Source of the DNA: Marsupella aquatica
Lineage: Eukaryota; Plantae; Marchantiophyta
NCBI GenBank assembly: GCA_973895155.1
Contig: OZ316897.1
Span: forward strand, 20,610,160 to 20,674,159
Length of the DNA: 64,000 bases
Direction of reading: 5' to 3'
Positions 36,920 through 50,432 of the stretch are shown here, in pieces. The notes below the pieces were generated by a model that saw only the letters and a program-made list of their open reading frames with translations, was not told where the DNA came from and did not search any database. Made by a program: the position numbers and the translations under genes. Each line of letters opens with the position of its first letter. Within the stretch, counting starts at the first letter, position 1.

Positions 36920-37505
36920 ACATATGGAGAAATGCATTAATGATATTCCATGCACTTATGACATAGTGCATAACATGGATAACTGCACGCTTGGAGGTTG
37001 TCTCAAGAGCATACACTTAAACTACATATGGAGAAGTGCATTAATGATATTCCATGCACTTATGACATAGTGCATAACATGGATAACTGCATGCTTGGAG
37101 GTCGTCTCAAGAGCATACACTTAAATGACATATGGAGAAGTGCATTAATGATATTCCATGCACTTATAATATAGTGCATAACATGGATAATTGCACGCTT
37201 GTAGTGTCTCCAAGAGTATACACTCAGACACAGAGCATACACTACGCCCAGGACTGTTGTGGTTCTGGACACAATCATGACTGGTCGGGCACCAATTGTG
37301 AGACCCAACCAGTCACACCCTGACTCTGAGGCCCTATGTCTTCCCAAGAGCAACAAGGTGAACTTTTACTAGGGCGTCTCAAATGCATCCATTTTTCTGC
37401 TTTGACTGCACCCAGGACCGTTATGGTTCAGGACAACAATCATGACTGGTCGGGCACCAATTGTAAGACCCAACCAGTCACACCCTAACTCTGAGGCCCT
37501 ATCTA
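36920..37505. repeat. Direct repeats: ~105-bp unit x ~2.7 (36920-37200) and ~95-bp unit x2 (37245-37340, 37409-37503)
   Basis: CATATGGAGAA.TGCATTAATGATATTCCATGCACTTAT and CAATCATGACTGGTCGGGCACCAATTGT repeated. Confidence 0.85.
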
Positions 37506-37711
37506 GTATATAAGAACCACAATAAGATTGCAACCCCACTCATTCTTCAGCACCCTAAAAAATGTATGGTGACCCCACTCATTTTCAGTACCGGAACAAA
37601 TAATAATTGCCCACTTGTACCTTGTTGAGGTACTCCGGAGTGCTACCCGGGCCGCGTCAATTGTTTTTATACATATATGAGACGCACCACTCTAAATGGG
37701 GACACGGTAGA

Positions 37712-37782
37712 TTGCACTGTAAATGCGGGGCACGGCAGAATGCACTGTAAATGCGGGGCACGGCAGAATGCACTGTAAATGT
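37712..37782. repeat. 27-bp tandem repeat upstream of the desaturase
   Basis: TGCACTGTAAATGCGGGGCACGGCAGAA x ~2.5. Confidence 0.8.
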
Positions 37783-38614
37783 GGCTCGCTCTGTCGAGTC
37801 GCGTACTGAGCAGTGAGCAGTGAGGCGTGAGCAGTCGTCCAGCAATCCCGCAGAGTAATTTCAGCCGCCCCTTTCAAGATTCAGTACGTCGCCCAATGCC
37901 CACGACGAATTCCTCACACGCCTCTCAGCGATCGGTCGCAGCTGCAGCAGCTCCATCTCCATGCGAGAAGAAATTGCGCTTTTTCGAGCTCCCGTTGCCG
38001 TCCAAGCTCTTGGAGGTGAGCGAGCTTGCACAGTGTATAGTTATGATGCTGTTGCTCTCCTCACTCCCTCACAAGACTGAAAGCCTCGACCGGGCCCTCA
38101 CGCTTCGCTTCCATTGTGTTCCCGCTTGATTAGATTGTGTGGCTTGGTGGTCCCGATCTCTCTTATTAAGCTAGCTGAAGGAAGCTGACTGAGCCTTTTC
38201 CTTCATGACTCAGCAGCAGAGCAACGGAGAAGGCACCGACAGCTGACTTCATTCTGCATTTTGAAGGTTTCTTTCACTCGAGTGGCAGCAGTAGCTCAGC
38301 ACCGACTAGCGACTTGGAGTCACTTGTTTTAGTAGATCCCATTGCTACACGTCGGGCCAGTTACAAGAGCGCCATTGAGCTTGAGAGAAGAGTTGGATTT
38401 GTGTTCTTCGTTCGGTCTCATCACTCGCCTCCCGAGGGGCTGCCGTAGAGCTGCGAGTGAGGAACAGGAAGAGGAAGAACTTGGTGATGCGCATTGTGTC
38501 GGAAGTGTGCCGGATTGGAATCTTGGGAAGGCCCTTAATGATATAACGCATTGAGCGCCGCTCCTTGTTCCTCTCGGGAACGACATTGATCGGTCGATCA
38601 TCGATCTGGCAAGA

Positions 38615-40090
38615 ATGGCACCAGCTACTACGACGACGACGACAACGATGTCGCAGGGCGTGTGGTCGAAATGGAGCTACAAGGCGACGAATGTGGGTCG
38701 GACGATGAGCCGGGAAAAGCAGCGAAACTCGACTGATAAGCAGCAGGCGGAGGCGGGGGTGTTATCGAACAATACAGCAGAAAGCCAGCTGAGATCAAGA
38801 GCGGGAAATGATCTCAATGACCGCTCTTCCAGTGGATGCCGTCTCTGGACTGCGCAAGAGGTTGCGCAGCACAAAACGGCCGACGACTGCTGGATTATAA
38901 TCAATGACAAGGTTTACGATGTGACGGAGTTTGCAAAGACTCATCCAGGTGGGCCTGTGATTTTCACCCAAGGGGGACGTGATGGGACGGACTACTTCCG
39001 TAACTTCCATTCGGCCAAGGCTTGGACATATCTGCCGGAATGTCACATCGGCGATCTGAAAGTTGCGGAGCCGGTGACAGAGGTTGTGAGCGAGTACAGA
39101 GAAATGAGGAGAGGGCTCGTGAAAGCCCAGCAATTCAAATGTAGCACAATTTATTATACGTACAAGAGCTTGGGGAATTTCGCGATTCTGGCGGCCAGTT
39201 TGGGGATCATTAGTATGTCACATAGGTTTCCTGCGGTTCTTTGCTCTGCCTTCTTGCTGGGGCTGTTCTGGCAGCAATGTGGGTGGCTGGGGCATGATAT
39301 CCTCCACAATCAGGTGTCAGAGAACCGTTTGCTGAACACCGTAATGGGTGGGCTTTTCTGGGGAAATCTTATGCAGGGATACAGCGTGGGATGGTGGAAA
39401 ACCAAACACAACGTGCATCACGCGGCTACGAATGAATGTGATGAGAAGTTTAACCCCATTGATCCAGACATTGATACAGTGCCTCTTCTTGCCTGGAGCA
39501 AAGACATTCTTGCCACGGTGGATAACGAATTTTTCAGGTCTATCATCAAAGTGCAGCACATCTTGTTCTTCCCTCTCCTCTTCTTTGCCAGATTCAGCTG
39601 GCTCCATTCGAGCTGGGAGCATGCCACGCATTTTGATATGTCCAAGGGTATGAGATTCCTGGAAAGGAGTTCTCTGGTGGCTCATTATGTAGCCTTCTTT
39701 AGCGCTGCGTTCTGGTTCCTGCCAACAGGTATGGCGCTCAGCTGGCTGTTTCTATCCCAATTGTTTTGTGGGGGCCTTCTCAGCATTGTGTTTGTTCTCA
39801 GCCACAACGGAATGGATGTGTACAACGACCCCAGAGATTTCGTCACGGCTCAAGTGACCTCCACTCGAAACATTGAGGGTAACTTCTTCAATGACTGGTT
39901 CACTGGCGGCCTTAACAGGCAGATCGAGCATCATCTCTTTCCTAGTCTTCCGAGGCATAATCTGAAGAAGGTTGCGCCCCACGTGAAAGAATTATGCCAG
40001 AAGCATGGAATACATTACGAGGAGCTCAGTTTATGGAGAGGAATTTGCTGTGTCTACGAACGGCTGGTAGAGGTAGCGCATGCCGTCTGA
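38615..40090 (+). CDS. Front-end (Delta6-type) fatty acid desaturase with fused cytochrome b5 domain, intronless CDS, 491 aa
   Basis: HPGG heme motif; His boxes HDILH, HNVHH, QIEHH; WWKTKHN and DPDIDTVPLLAWS are typical of bryophyte Delta6 desaturases. Confidence 0.95.
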   Translation: MAPATTTTTTTMSQGVWSKWSYKATNVGRTMSREKQRNSTDKQQAEAGVLSNNTAESQLRSRAGNDLNDRSSSGCRLWTAQEVAQHKTADDCWIIINDKVYDVTEFAKTHPGGPVIFTQGGRDGTDYFRNFHSAKAWTYLPECHIGDLKVAEPVTEVVSEYREMRRGLVKAQQFKCSTIYYTYKSLGNFAILAASLGIISMSHRFPAVLCSAFLLGLFWQQCGWLGHDILHNQVSENRLLNTVMGGLFWGNLMQGYSVGWWKTKHNVHHAATNECDEKFNPIDPDIDTVPLLAWSKDILATVDNEFFRSIIKVQHILFFPLLFFARFSWLHSSWEHATHFDMSKGMRFLERSSLVAHYVAFFSAAFWFLPTGMALSWLFLSQLFCGGLLSIVFVLSHNGMDVYNDPRDFVTAQVTSTRNIEGNFFNDWFTGGLNRQIEHHLFPSLPRHNLKKVAPHVKELCQKHGIHYEELSLWRGICCVYERLVEVAHAV

Positions 40091-40562
40091 GAGAAATTCG
40101 GCAAATCAACAGATGATATCGTGACTCTTTTATCGTGCAATATGCGAGCTCCTCGTTTACTGTCTTTGAAGTGCAGAGACACACATGGAGGGTTTTTCCC
40201 ATCACGTTTTCCTTTGTATCACTAGTCCACATTTCTCCTCTCATTAAATAGATCACAAGTCCAGGACATTGATTTTTTCTTCTGAGCTGATTCGTCGGAA
40301 GCAAAGGTTTAGCTTTGACACTCGGGGATCCCTCATTTCGGCGGATATTGTTAGATTTGGTGGATTGGAAGATCCATCGTAATTCAAGTGGAATGTTATT
40401 ATGGAGGCACCCATCAGATTCGTCACTGGATTGACACGGCTGCTCGACCCATCCATTGTCTCTCTTCTTGAAATTATATCTAGAGTCAATTCTTGGCGGC
40501 TTTTGTCAACTATTTCCGCCCTCCTGTATTTCGAGCAGATATTGTCGAACTGTGTGCCCACT

Positions 40563-40630
40563 CACGTCGTGGTCATAAATTCCACTCTCGTCGTGGTCAT
40601 AAATTCCACTCTCGTCGTGGTCATAAATTA
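40563..40630. repeat. 24-bp tandem repeat x3
   Basis: CGTCGTGGTCATAAATTCCACTCT units. Confidence 0.85.
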
Positions 40631-41713
40631 GACGTCGACACTTTTTTTTCCTGCAACACCATGTCTCTCTGTTCTCCTTGCAATTTTGTTGCAGACCCTT
40701 CTTAACCGGCGTTTAAAATCCTTCCTGGTTGCAGTCTTACGGTACATGTCTGACTTCTGGGCAATCCCAATCCAGAACCGACTGCGGTAATCAATGTGCT
40801 AGAAAACTGTGAGGGGCCGGGTCTGATTAATGAGCTTGGTGTTCTCCGCTATGTTCCTCGTTCTTAAGGTATGCCGAATCCAACCTGTTCATTGAATTAT
40901 TCACAGCCCGTCTCGACGTCTCTGCAACTAACTCTTCAGTCTTCTCATCGGTGAGCTGTTGGTTTTGGAGTAGTCCATCAATTTTGTAGTTCAGCTGCAG
41001 TTCACCTTTTCTAGCTGCGTGGTATATCTCCCTTTTCTATATTTGGGAGCGATCTTATGGGTAGCTAATTCAGAAGTCCTCAGAATGATCATCGGTAGCT
41101 TAATCTGGACTATCTCGAATAGATCTCGGGGCAAAGTGTGATATCAGCACGTATGCTGCAACTCTTCTTCAATTTGATTGAGTGATTGGTCGTGCAGGGC
41201 TCTCTCAGAGTTGATGATTCGGACACACTTAATAGCATAGACTGGGTTTCCTTGGAATCTTTCGTAGGGAATAATTCTGCGAGTAATTGCGGGCAATTCT
41301 TCGTTACGTCAGTCATGAAAGCACAGCCTCAGCGGTGCATTGAAGAATGTATCGCACGCACATTCTTGCTTGGTCTCGACGACATGGTTTTGTTTGAAAG
41401 AATATGGTTCACTTGTTGCCAGTTTGCTGACTATGTCGCCATCTTTTTAAAAACTGCAGGTGTAATTCATAACGTCCAATTTATGGTCCCTGGACAGGTC
41501 GAGATTTCGGATAGTCGCTTACGCATTTTTTCCCCATTTTGACTGTCTGTGGCCGAAGTGGCATTTCACGCCCAAGAGATACGTTGATCACGGTTCCAAT
41601 CTTGAGCAAGCAATATGAAGCGTTAGTTTCAAGGCTGTTTTCAAGGCTGTTTTCAAGGCCCCTCTTCTCAATCGTCAGTAGTCCCCATTCCAGACCACGA
41701 GGGTGCCCCGCTA

Positions 41714-42830
41714 GTCTTATTTTTCCATGGATTTCAACGTGGGTATTACGATGAGGCACATTTATCAGCCTGGACATGTGGGGATGGGTCCGGTATCATC
41801 TGGCCACACACGTGGTTGGTGAAGAAGTTTGACGACGCTCGCATTTTGACTGTTTCTTACAATGCCAGTGTGCTGAAAAATGAGGAAAGTTTTGATGTGT
41901 ATAACCTGACGAAAACTTGATAACAGATTTGCGGATGCAAAAATAAGGCAAATGCCCTGCTGCAAAGTAGTTTTGGTAGGCCACAGTTTTGGGAACTTGG
42001 TTATTGAACAACTATGCCTCTCGGCATCATCAGAGAGAGGGAGATCTGAGAGCAACTCGAGCAGACGTTCCAAGTTCAAATCATTTTTGCAAAACGTAAA
42101 CGGGATATTTTTCTATTCTACACCACATTATGGGCTTGCCAAGGAAGTTGTCAACATCTCGACAGATTTTGAATACACTTGCTTTGCCAACAATGTCAAA
42201 GGTATCCAGGACCACGAGTTTGACGAAATGGCTACTTAGACATTTGCATCGCAATGGGACTAAAGTGGATGGGAACAAAATCCATGGTCTGACCTCATGC
42301 AGACGAAATCACTGATTTTCTTGGACGATGTTAACTCAGACACAAATCGGAATTTTGCCCAGCTTGGATCACTTTGGGAGTAGTACTCAGTTTAGAATTT
42401 AGAATGCCTGCATGCATTTGAGCAAGAACGAATTCGGGATATCTTCTGGAGGCTAATCATCTTTTGGAAGCAAACGTCAAGAAAGTGGTACAGGTATGCT
42501 CCGGTTTACCTGGCTCTGGAAGTAATGGGGTCCTATCTGAGGAGTCACAAGGCTAATGCTAGGGTCTGGGAGGAGACATGACAAGCTCCAAAAAGTTAAT
42601 CTGTTGATGGACTTCGTAATGACAGAGCGTGGAGTTCATTGAGATTGAGCTATGATGCCCTGTTGTCCAAAGAGCAATGATTGCTTATCGAAGCTGGGAC
42701 TTATTTTTTTGAGCGGCCAGTAGAGAGAGCCCTGGCTGCTTTGAGCACTGCTTTTGAATATTCAGAGTCGGGTGGGCCAATTTGCTGAGAAAATCCATGG
42801 TGAAGCAAGTCGAGCACAGACTGAATGGGA
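41714..42830 (+). pseudogene. Alpha/beta-hydrolase + NB-ARC (HNL-type NLR) relic, frameshifted and internally deleted
   Basis: Manual translation: VLFFHGFQRG...IIWPHTWLVKKFDDARILTVSYNAS; VVLVGHSFGNLVIEQLC; FLQNVNGIFFYSTPHYG; kinase-2-like IFLDDV; CSGLP/LALEVMGSYL; LRLSYDALLSKEQ*LLIEAGTYF; WANLLRKSMVK. P-loop and MHD not seen. Confidence 0.82.
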
Positions 42831-43289
42831 TAAGAAATGGGGGAATAAGATAAAATACAAGGAAGTGTGGGTTGCGAATCTCAGCTATTGCAGCTGCAGA
42901 GTTTTCACACGTGTAGCCGTGCCATTGCTACAAACTGGGCACATTTCGCAACAAGTGTAGTTGTGCCATTAAAACTGGGAACATTTCTTACGAATGCAGG
43001 TTGGTGCCCTTGTCTATGTCTGTGTAATTAAGGTAACGCAAACAAAGGCTCTGGAGATGAATTGGTTCAATAAGTGTTCATGGTTCTTCTCTCCCATTCC
43101 CTTCCCACAAGCCCCCCTGAAACAACTATATCTTGTATACATTTTTTGAATTCTCTCAAACTAAACATTCTTTAATTTTTTGGGGGAAATTTGGCAAACC
43201 CAAACTAAACATTCTCTAATTTTTTGGGGGAAATTTGTGAAACCCCATAGAAATTGATGACTTACAACAGTTGTCAACCCAAGACCTAC

Positions 43290-43720
43290 CAGTCAAGTGA
43301 GCTACCACTCACCCACTCCTCTCAAACTATACATTTACCCTACCAATAATCAAATTTATTAAACTATACACTTACCCTCCCAATAATCAACATGATTTTT
43401 TTATTCAAGTGAGCTACGCCTCTCAACTATACATTTACCCTACCAATAATCAAATTTATTAAATTATACATTTACCCTACCAATAATCAACATTGTTTTT
43501 TTATTCAAGTGAGCTACGCCTCTCAAACTATACATTTACCCTACCAATAATCAACATTATTATTTTTATTCAAGTGAGCTACCACACCACTAAACCATGC
43601 CTCTCAAACTATGCATTTACCCTACCAATAATCACCATTATTTTTTTCTTTCAAGTGAGTTACCACTCAACCATACCTCTCAAACTATACATTTACTCTA
43701 CCAATAATCAACATTGTGTA
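43290..43720. repeat. Tandem repeat built from CAAGTGAGCTAC..CTCAAACTATACATTTACCCTACCAATAATCAA units
   Basis: About 7 copies of the CCCTACCAATAATCA core are visible. Confidence 0.88.
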
Positions 43721-44799
43721 AAAAATATGTGAGACTATCTCTATATCACTTGGTAATCACATTTAGCCATCTCCATTGCATGGACTCTCAGGAGACCTTG
43801 GCTCAATCTTGAACTTGAAATACTCTTTCTTAGCAAGGTTATCCTCCCTCTCTCCCCACTCGTCTATCCTACATCAACATACAACTGTGCAAGTTCTGTT
43901 TTTTCATTCTCAGATAACAAAATCACATTTGTATAAATTCTTTCCTCTCTTGGTCCTTGGAGAATGCATCATGCTATCCTGATCCATTCTTTGACCATGG
44001 ATCTGCATTTGATGGGGTCTGCCCAAAGTGAGGGGGCCCATATCTTTAAAGATAAGAATCAATCATTCATTTTGAAGGCTGCAACTGCCTACTAGTAAAA
44101 CACGTAACCATCATCCCATGCCAACCCATTTACTTCCTCACTTGCAGAAGGTGTCAATGAATGAAGGTTTAAATGGAGTCAGTTCATGGGGCCTAAATGG
44201 TCCATGGGAGCATCATTTTCTGGGATGTCAATGAGAAGAAATAAAAGGTGTCACAATCTATGGTGGTTACATGGTTCATAAGCACCGCCCATGGGAGCGT
44301 CATTTTTTGGGATGTCAATGAGTGGAGATATAAAAAGTGTCACAAACCATTGGGGTTACATGGTTCAAGGGCTTAATATCCATGTGAACATCATTTTCTG
44401 GGATGCCAGTGCAGTACTCTATGCCAAAGACAGTCTTATCAAGAACTCCATTTCAAGCCATTCCCATGTCAAATATCTTTCCAAGTCCTGCCAAATAAGA
44501 TCTATGTCTTGTGGACAACTGGACGTTTCAGGCTTGCATTTGACCCCACAAATTGTAACTGCAAATTGGGAGACCAGTGAGGATGCCCTTTGATTGCTGC
44601 ATGTACATAAATAGGGGCACTCCAGTATAGTCCTTCAGTTTGAATAGCATTTCAGTGAGTATGCATTTTGTAAGGGCAAAACTTTGAACCTCACCTGGCT
44701 TTACGAGAATCTTTAAATAAGACTTTTTTAAGTTTAATTTAACAAGTTACTTCTTTCTTCCTCAAAAAATGTATGTGCATATATATCACTCTGCCAAAA

Positions 44800-45295
44800 A
44801 GAACAGGATCGCCAAACCAGGAGACAAGATCTCAATAAAGGGAGGGAAGGGAAAGTCCCCCATAAGACCAAAGAGGCCAAAACTGGAAGACAGGATCACA
44901 AAAGCAAAAACCCCAATAAAGGGAGGGAAGGGAAAGTCCCCAGGAAGACCAAAGAGGCCAAACCAGGAGACAGGATCCCAAAAGCAAAAGAACCCAATAA
45001 AGAGAGGGAAAGGAAAGACAGCTTAGAAAACCAAAGAGACCAAACCCAGAGACAAGATCCCAAAGGCAAAAGAACCCAATAAAGGGAGGGAAGGGAAAGA
45101 CCCCCAGAAGACCAAAGAGGCCTAAGTGTAGTCCCAGCCTTGGTCCTGGCTTCGAAATAGTACACCATGATTGGGAGACAGGATCCCAAAGGCAAAAGAA
45201 CCCAATAAAGGGAGGGAAAGGAAAGACCCCAGAAGACCAAAGAGGCCCAACAGTAGTCCCCGGCCTTGGTCCTGGCTTTGAAATTGCACACCATG
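44800..45295. repeat. Purine-rich ~75-bp tandem repeat, about 5 copies
   Basis: CCCAATAAAGGGAGGGAAGGGAAAG..CCCAGAAGACCAAAGAGGCC recurring. Confidence 0.88.
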
Positions 45296-46478
45296 TTGCC
45301 AGTCTCCGGGGCAGTCTGAGCCTGATCTCAGGACTGCCTTCTCTACTGCTCTTCTCTCGAGCCAGCCAGCCCGCCAGCCAGGTACTTGCAATGCTGATGC
45401 CAAATGTAAAGAAAGGAACACTTCAAGGAGTAGCATCAATGTCAATGCCCCCCTTCCATTGTAAACACTTGCATGAATTATTCCATTCGCAGAGAGTGAT
45501 CGCTTGAGAATTGCGGCAATGAAATCTCTTCTGGTTGCAGGGAATGATTGCTTGAGTACACTAACAAACAGCAAGCGTGATCATTTGGACAGGCACTTCC
45601 AACCCGACCAGGCCAGTGAAAACATATGTAATATGTGTTAAACATGTAAACAGAAGAGTTGCCTGGAAGGAAGCTCTCAATCACATAATCCTTTATGAAG
45701 ATCGTCGTGAAGTTGTCCTTAGAAAATCAAATTGATAATCGGGCCGTGTCAACATGAAGCTGTTTGTCAACTTCTTGTTACGTTCGGCATGTTATATCAC
45801 TATTCTGATGGTATCAAGCAAGAGGACTCGAAGTTGCAGTTGAGCTTAGAAAAAACTCCAAGTATTTATTCATCACAAATGCTCGTAAGCACTTGAACTA
45901 CAAGTATCCTAAGGAGGTGTCGAACTGCTTTTTTCTTATGTACGAGAGTCTCTCCTGCAGTGGTGAATTTCGCAGCAACGATGAAAGAGCTCTAAATGCA
46001 AGGAAGGGTCAGGATTCTCGACTTCACACAACTTGTCATGAAAGACAAACTCGAATGTGGATTGGACAAAACCAAGGGGACAAAGAGAACAGTCTGCATA
46101 GATCGAAATGTAAGTATGGAGTCTGCACTTGCTATCCTGGAAAGACGTAAAATGAACAGACCTAACAGTAATATAGACACTCTAGTACTCATGCAACACC
46201 CGCAGATAAAAAGATGTTGGATGCCAAGCACATGCGGCAGCCAACAACGCTCAAACGGGTGTTCGACAAGAAAACAGGGTTGGTGTCAGAAGCATAAGTG
46301 GTTAAATCATCATTTGTTACTGACAGGGCTTTCATAAAAGTAGGACAAAATTGACACACAGGCTGAACTAAATCACATCAGATCTTTGTTGCAGATGACT
46401 GCTCCAGATTCTCATATATTTGTCATCTTCAAAAATATGTGAACCGCCAACACTGGGTCGCAAAGATACTAGGAAACC

Positions 46479-49400
46479 TTATGTCTTCTGGGCCACTTGA
46501 TTGGTTTCTCTTGACGGGTAAGGTGCAGGGCGTACGTAAGACATAGACCGACTCATGCGAATCGGACCTTGCCCATATCTATTCCCCATCAGTGACGTGG
46601 GACTTTGCAAAGCTGGAATTCGACCAGTCGCAGGAAGACTTGAACCATTGGTTTGGACAGCGTTGGTAGTTCCGGGTTTGCCAGCAGGTGACGATGTTTC
46701 CCGCTTCCACTGCAGATGAGCTGTTCCAGCAAAGGGCCTTGTCATACTTACAGGCCTGCGCATATTGAGAGGCTTTCCTCTCATGAACTTTCCAGGTGCT
46801 CTCGCTGATGTATAGGACGGTAAATGATTGGGCCGCCCAACAGCTGGAGGGATGTTGGCTTCCGTACTTGCATCTTTACGTACTACCTACACAAGATCAT
46901 GATGAAGACAATGTTCTCACCACCTAATTCTGGCCAGGGTCATGAATAACCGAGTACAAGCACGCGAAAACTGAAAGACTATTTAGAATTCAGAAACAAA
47001 ACTGTGACGACCATGGCAAAAGAGAATAATCATACAAACCTTTAGCGTCCGAGATAAGAGAGAAGAATCATTCATGTTAAGAGCTTTCTCAACACTATCT
47101 TTTGAAGAGAACTCCACGTATGCAGACCTACATGACCACAATCAAAGATGAGGAAAAGGACAAGAATGTCTGACATCCGCATTGCTCATTTCAGCATCTG
47201 GACGATAATGGTATCATAGCACTTCAACTATAGCATATCACGGAAGACATTAGTCAGACGTCAGTCGCAGCACTGTATCCATTGCCTTCCATGGAGTGTA
47301 CAATTCAGCAAATCACCCCGATGACCAAACTACCCAGGAAGGAGCATACAAACGCCAGTGAGTTTGGAAATAGAGTTACCCTCTCTGCTTGCCAGTTGCA
47401 ATGTCGGTCAGTATAGTAGTGCGCACAATGTCACCACAGCTGCTAAAATGCGCAGCAACCACCTCCTTGGTAGCCGCAAAGTGTATCTGTGAAAACACGG
47501 ACAATCGAGTCTTAGGCCCTCAAATTCTCTTCAAACCATGCGGCAATTCGACAGGCCAACGATCATGCCGTTCACAGCTTATCAATCGGGTTTCTTATTT
47601 ATGACCTTCTTCGAGCTTTCAGTCTTAGAATGGCATCTGTAGGCATATAACATTCTTCCACCAAATTCCTGAAGGAGATTGTACCCAACACGACTGACTT
47701 GACTTTAACAGGATAGCCAACGGTCGGATTCAGGAAAGACCTGAATCCTTGTTTAGGCTAAGCCTACCTTACCCCAAACCCTAAACGCGGAAACACAACT
47801 TCGACGTGAGGAAGTTTCAAGAACGCTAGGAACCGTCCAAGTAAGCAAATTCTTCATGCTCTGTAAAGTAACATATGCAGAAAACTCCATAGGGATTTGT
47901 AACAGAAAAGGCCCCATTCTACAAGCAGATGAGCAGTCAAGCCCAAGACTTTCAATCAATTTGCTTTCTCTGCCTTACATATATGAACACATGCCTCCTT
48001 TTCACTAGTGCACAGCACAATGATTAGCCACCATCAATAGAGCACGGTATTGAAGGACTGGCCCGTAGTTAGAAAAGCACAAAGACTTCAAAGCAAGACT
48101 GACATATCTACACTCGTAAGGTTCTGAAACTCACATTCATAACACAAACAGAGTGTAGGTCGATTTCTTCTTGCGACCTTGCTTTCATACCCACTGCAGG
48201 ATTCAAAAACTTCTGTCATAATGTGCAAATGCAAGTCTAACGTGGACTTACAATCCTCCTAGGTATGAAACTCTTCCGTCTGAATGTTCGATCAGAAGTC
48301 AACAGAAACCAACCAGCACCAAAAAGCACCAACTTTCATACTTAGAACAAACCAAACATGTGGACCTTCCACAAGCGTTTCAGATCAAGGAACGCCCAGT
48401 GCTCAGGACACAAGAAATCCATGAAGTGCTTTCGGTACAGTTCCTGATTTCACGTCGATGGCTAGGTTCCCATCCGCTTTCACGAGACAGAAACGAGTAT
48501 TGCAGAACTTTAGTCCTGCCTTGACTTTTGATAAGACAGCATGCTGGTTTTCACGCCCAACGTCACCTAACCATAACCCCAGGAGTTTGTAGAACCTAAG
48601 TAAAGTTCTGTACAGGACCACAGAGTTTAAATGAGGGTACCTGAGCCTGGTGCACTGACCACCTTCTGAGCGTCTTTGGATACTTCAGCCTGTTTAGCAC
48701 GTAGCTTAGTCATGTCCAGTTGCACTTGCCGCATTCTCTTCTTCATTTCCAAGACATCCTGAAGACATTCAAACCGTCACAAATGCGCTCCTCATGGTGA
48801 TCAGCATTCAAAATCGACCTATGCAGGGTTGAGCCCAATCGCATCAGCAATTTCTGAAAGATCTCTAATGGTGGTCACTTGACCAAAATACAGGCATTCA
48901 AGAGATTTCCTTACATTTGCATCCACCACGGCTGGACTTGGCCCACTTTGTCTTTCCAGTGCAGCAGGCCCATGATTTGAAAGTTGAGAGTAAAAATGAT
49001 GAGGACCGTTCAGAGAAATATCAGCATCCTTAGACAGCAGATAACGTGCATTGGAATTGATGTGAATGTTTGGCAGTTTGTTTGGAAAATTTACAGCCCC
49101 TGAGAGACCAGAAATAAGACCGTGTGGCAAACCCTGAGCTGGCCCCCTCTCCCCCAGCCTGTAAAATAAACTACTAGACTCTTGAAGCTCTACTGACATA
49201 TCTTCACGGGGATTAATGCTACCATATCTGAAGAAGCCACCGTCCGCGTGATTTACTGCATCTCCAAAACGATCATCTTCATCACTCATTTCCTCCGGAA
49301 ATCCTCTCATCCCCCCTCCTACGGAATCAAACCATTTAGTTTCCGCCACCCTCTGTCCCTGGCCATATCCGTAACCTCCAGGGTTTGCATCAGGAGCCAT

Positions 49401-50432
49401 TGCAATATCCTCGTCTTGTCGTGGCCCTAATCTCTCTGAAATGCTTCTCCATCTAGGTCCCTTTGTCATAACAGTATCAAGTCCACCACCATTTTTGGTG
49501 TCTTCCCATGTATCTTCCTCTTGTCCATTGTCGACAGCAACTGTGGCAGCTTCCTGCGCTTCATTCTCCTTCATTCCCAGTCTCTCGTTAGACCTGTTTC
49601 CTAATCGATCCCAAACACTTCCAAAAGATCTCATCCTGCTTTTCATGGAGTTATTGTTAACATCCTCAGCAGCAGCAGCTGCAGCCTTCAAAGCAACCGC
49701 AACACCAGGTGGGACCTTCGAGCCTTGGAGACCCATATCAAGGCGTGGCTTCACATGTTGGTGCCGCCCATTTGGTTCTGATGGTAAGTCCGGATTTTCT
49801 GTCAACAACCAAGACAGCATCAGGACGGGTCCATTTCAGCTCAATGACAGCATCTCTTGATTTGTACCATATTCCTTAGTGGAAAATTACTAACTAAATC
49901 TCGTTTCTAATGACCTCAACATGGCTCTGAACATAGTCATTTGCAAGAGCACGTCATACGCTGAGTCAATTAAGTGCATTACCAGGCTGTAGGGTCTTCT
50001 TACCGGCACTTCCCACCACAACAGAACGTAATCGCTTGAGGCCAGACTTTCCACTGTCCTGACCAACAGCATCTCTGACAGCTGAATCCAATAATCGTGA
50101 CTCTGTCCTCCGGGAAGAACTCCCGCTGGTCATTGCCACCTACGCAGAATCACACCCTTTCTACGGGCTCAATCTTTACAGAAGTGACTCTGACCCACCG
50201 GAAAGCTGCCACCGTTGAACGACAAGTGCCCAGAAACAATAGCATTTCTCAGAGCTGACTCAAACAATTTTGAGTTTGAACTTTCTGTTCGACTAGAATT
50301 CGAAACACTTCTGTTGTTGATAGATGCCGGGAAACGGACAGCATCTCTTGAAGCTAGCTGAAATAGGTTTTCCGGAGCTTGAGCTTGTGCACGAGAAACT
50401 TTCTTCAGCGACACGGGTCTCTGGAAACGCAT
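46479..50432 (-). CDS. Multi-exon RRM RNA-binding protein (PABN-like RRM; resembles the Arabidopsis At3g12640 type); 5' end unresolved
   Basis: Exons encode SRLLDSAVRDAV..KRLRSVV (~50140-50005), SVWDRLG (49820 ORF), DVLEMKKRMRQVQLDMTKLRAKQ (~48760-48640), EIDLHSVCVMN (~48197-48135), IHFAATKEVVAAHFSSCGDIVRTTILTDIATGKQRG (~47487-47380), SAYVEFSSKDSVEKALNMNDSSLISRTLK (~47128-47040); last exon ends at stop 46479. Confidence 0.85.
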
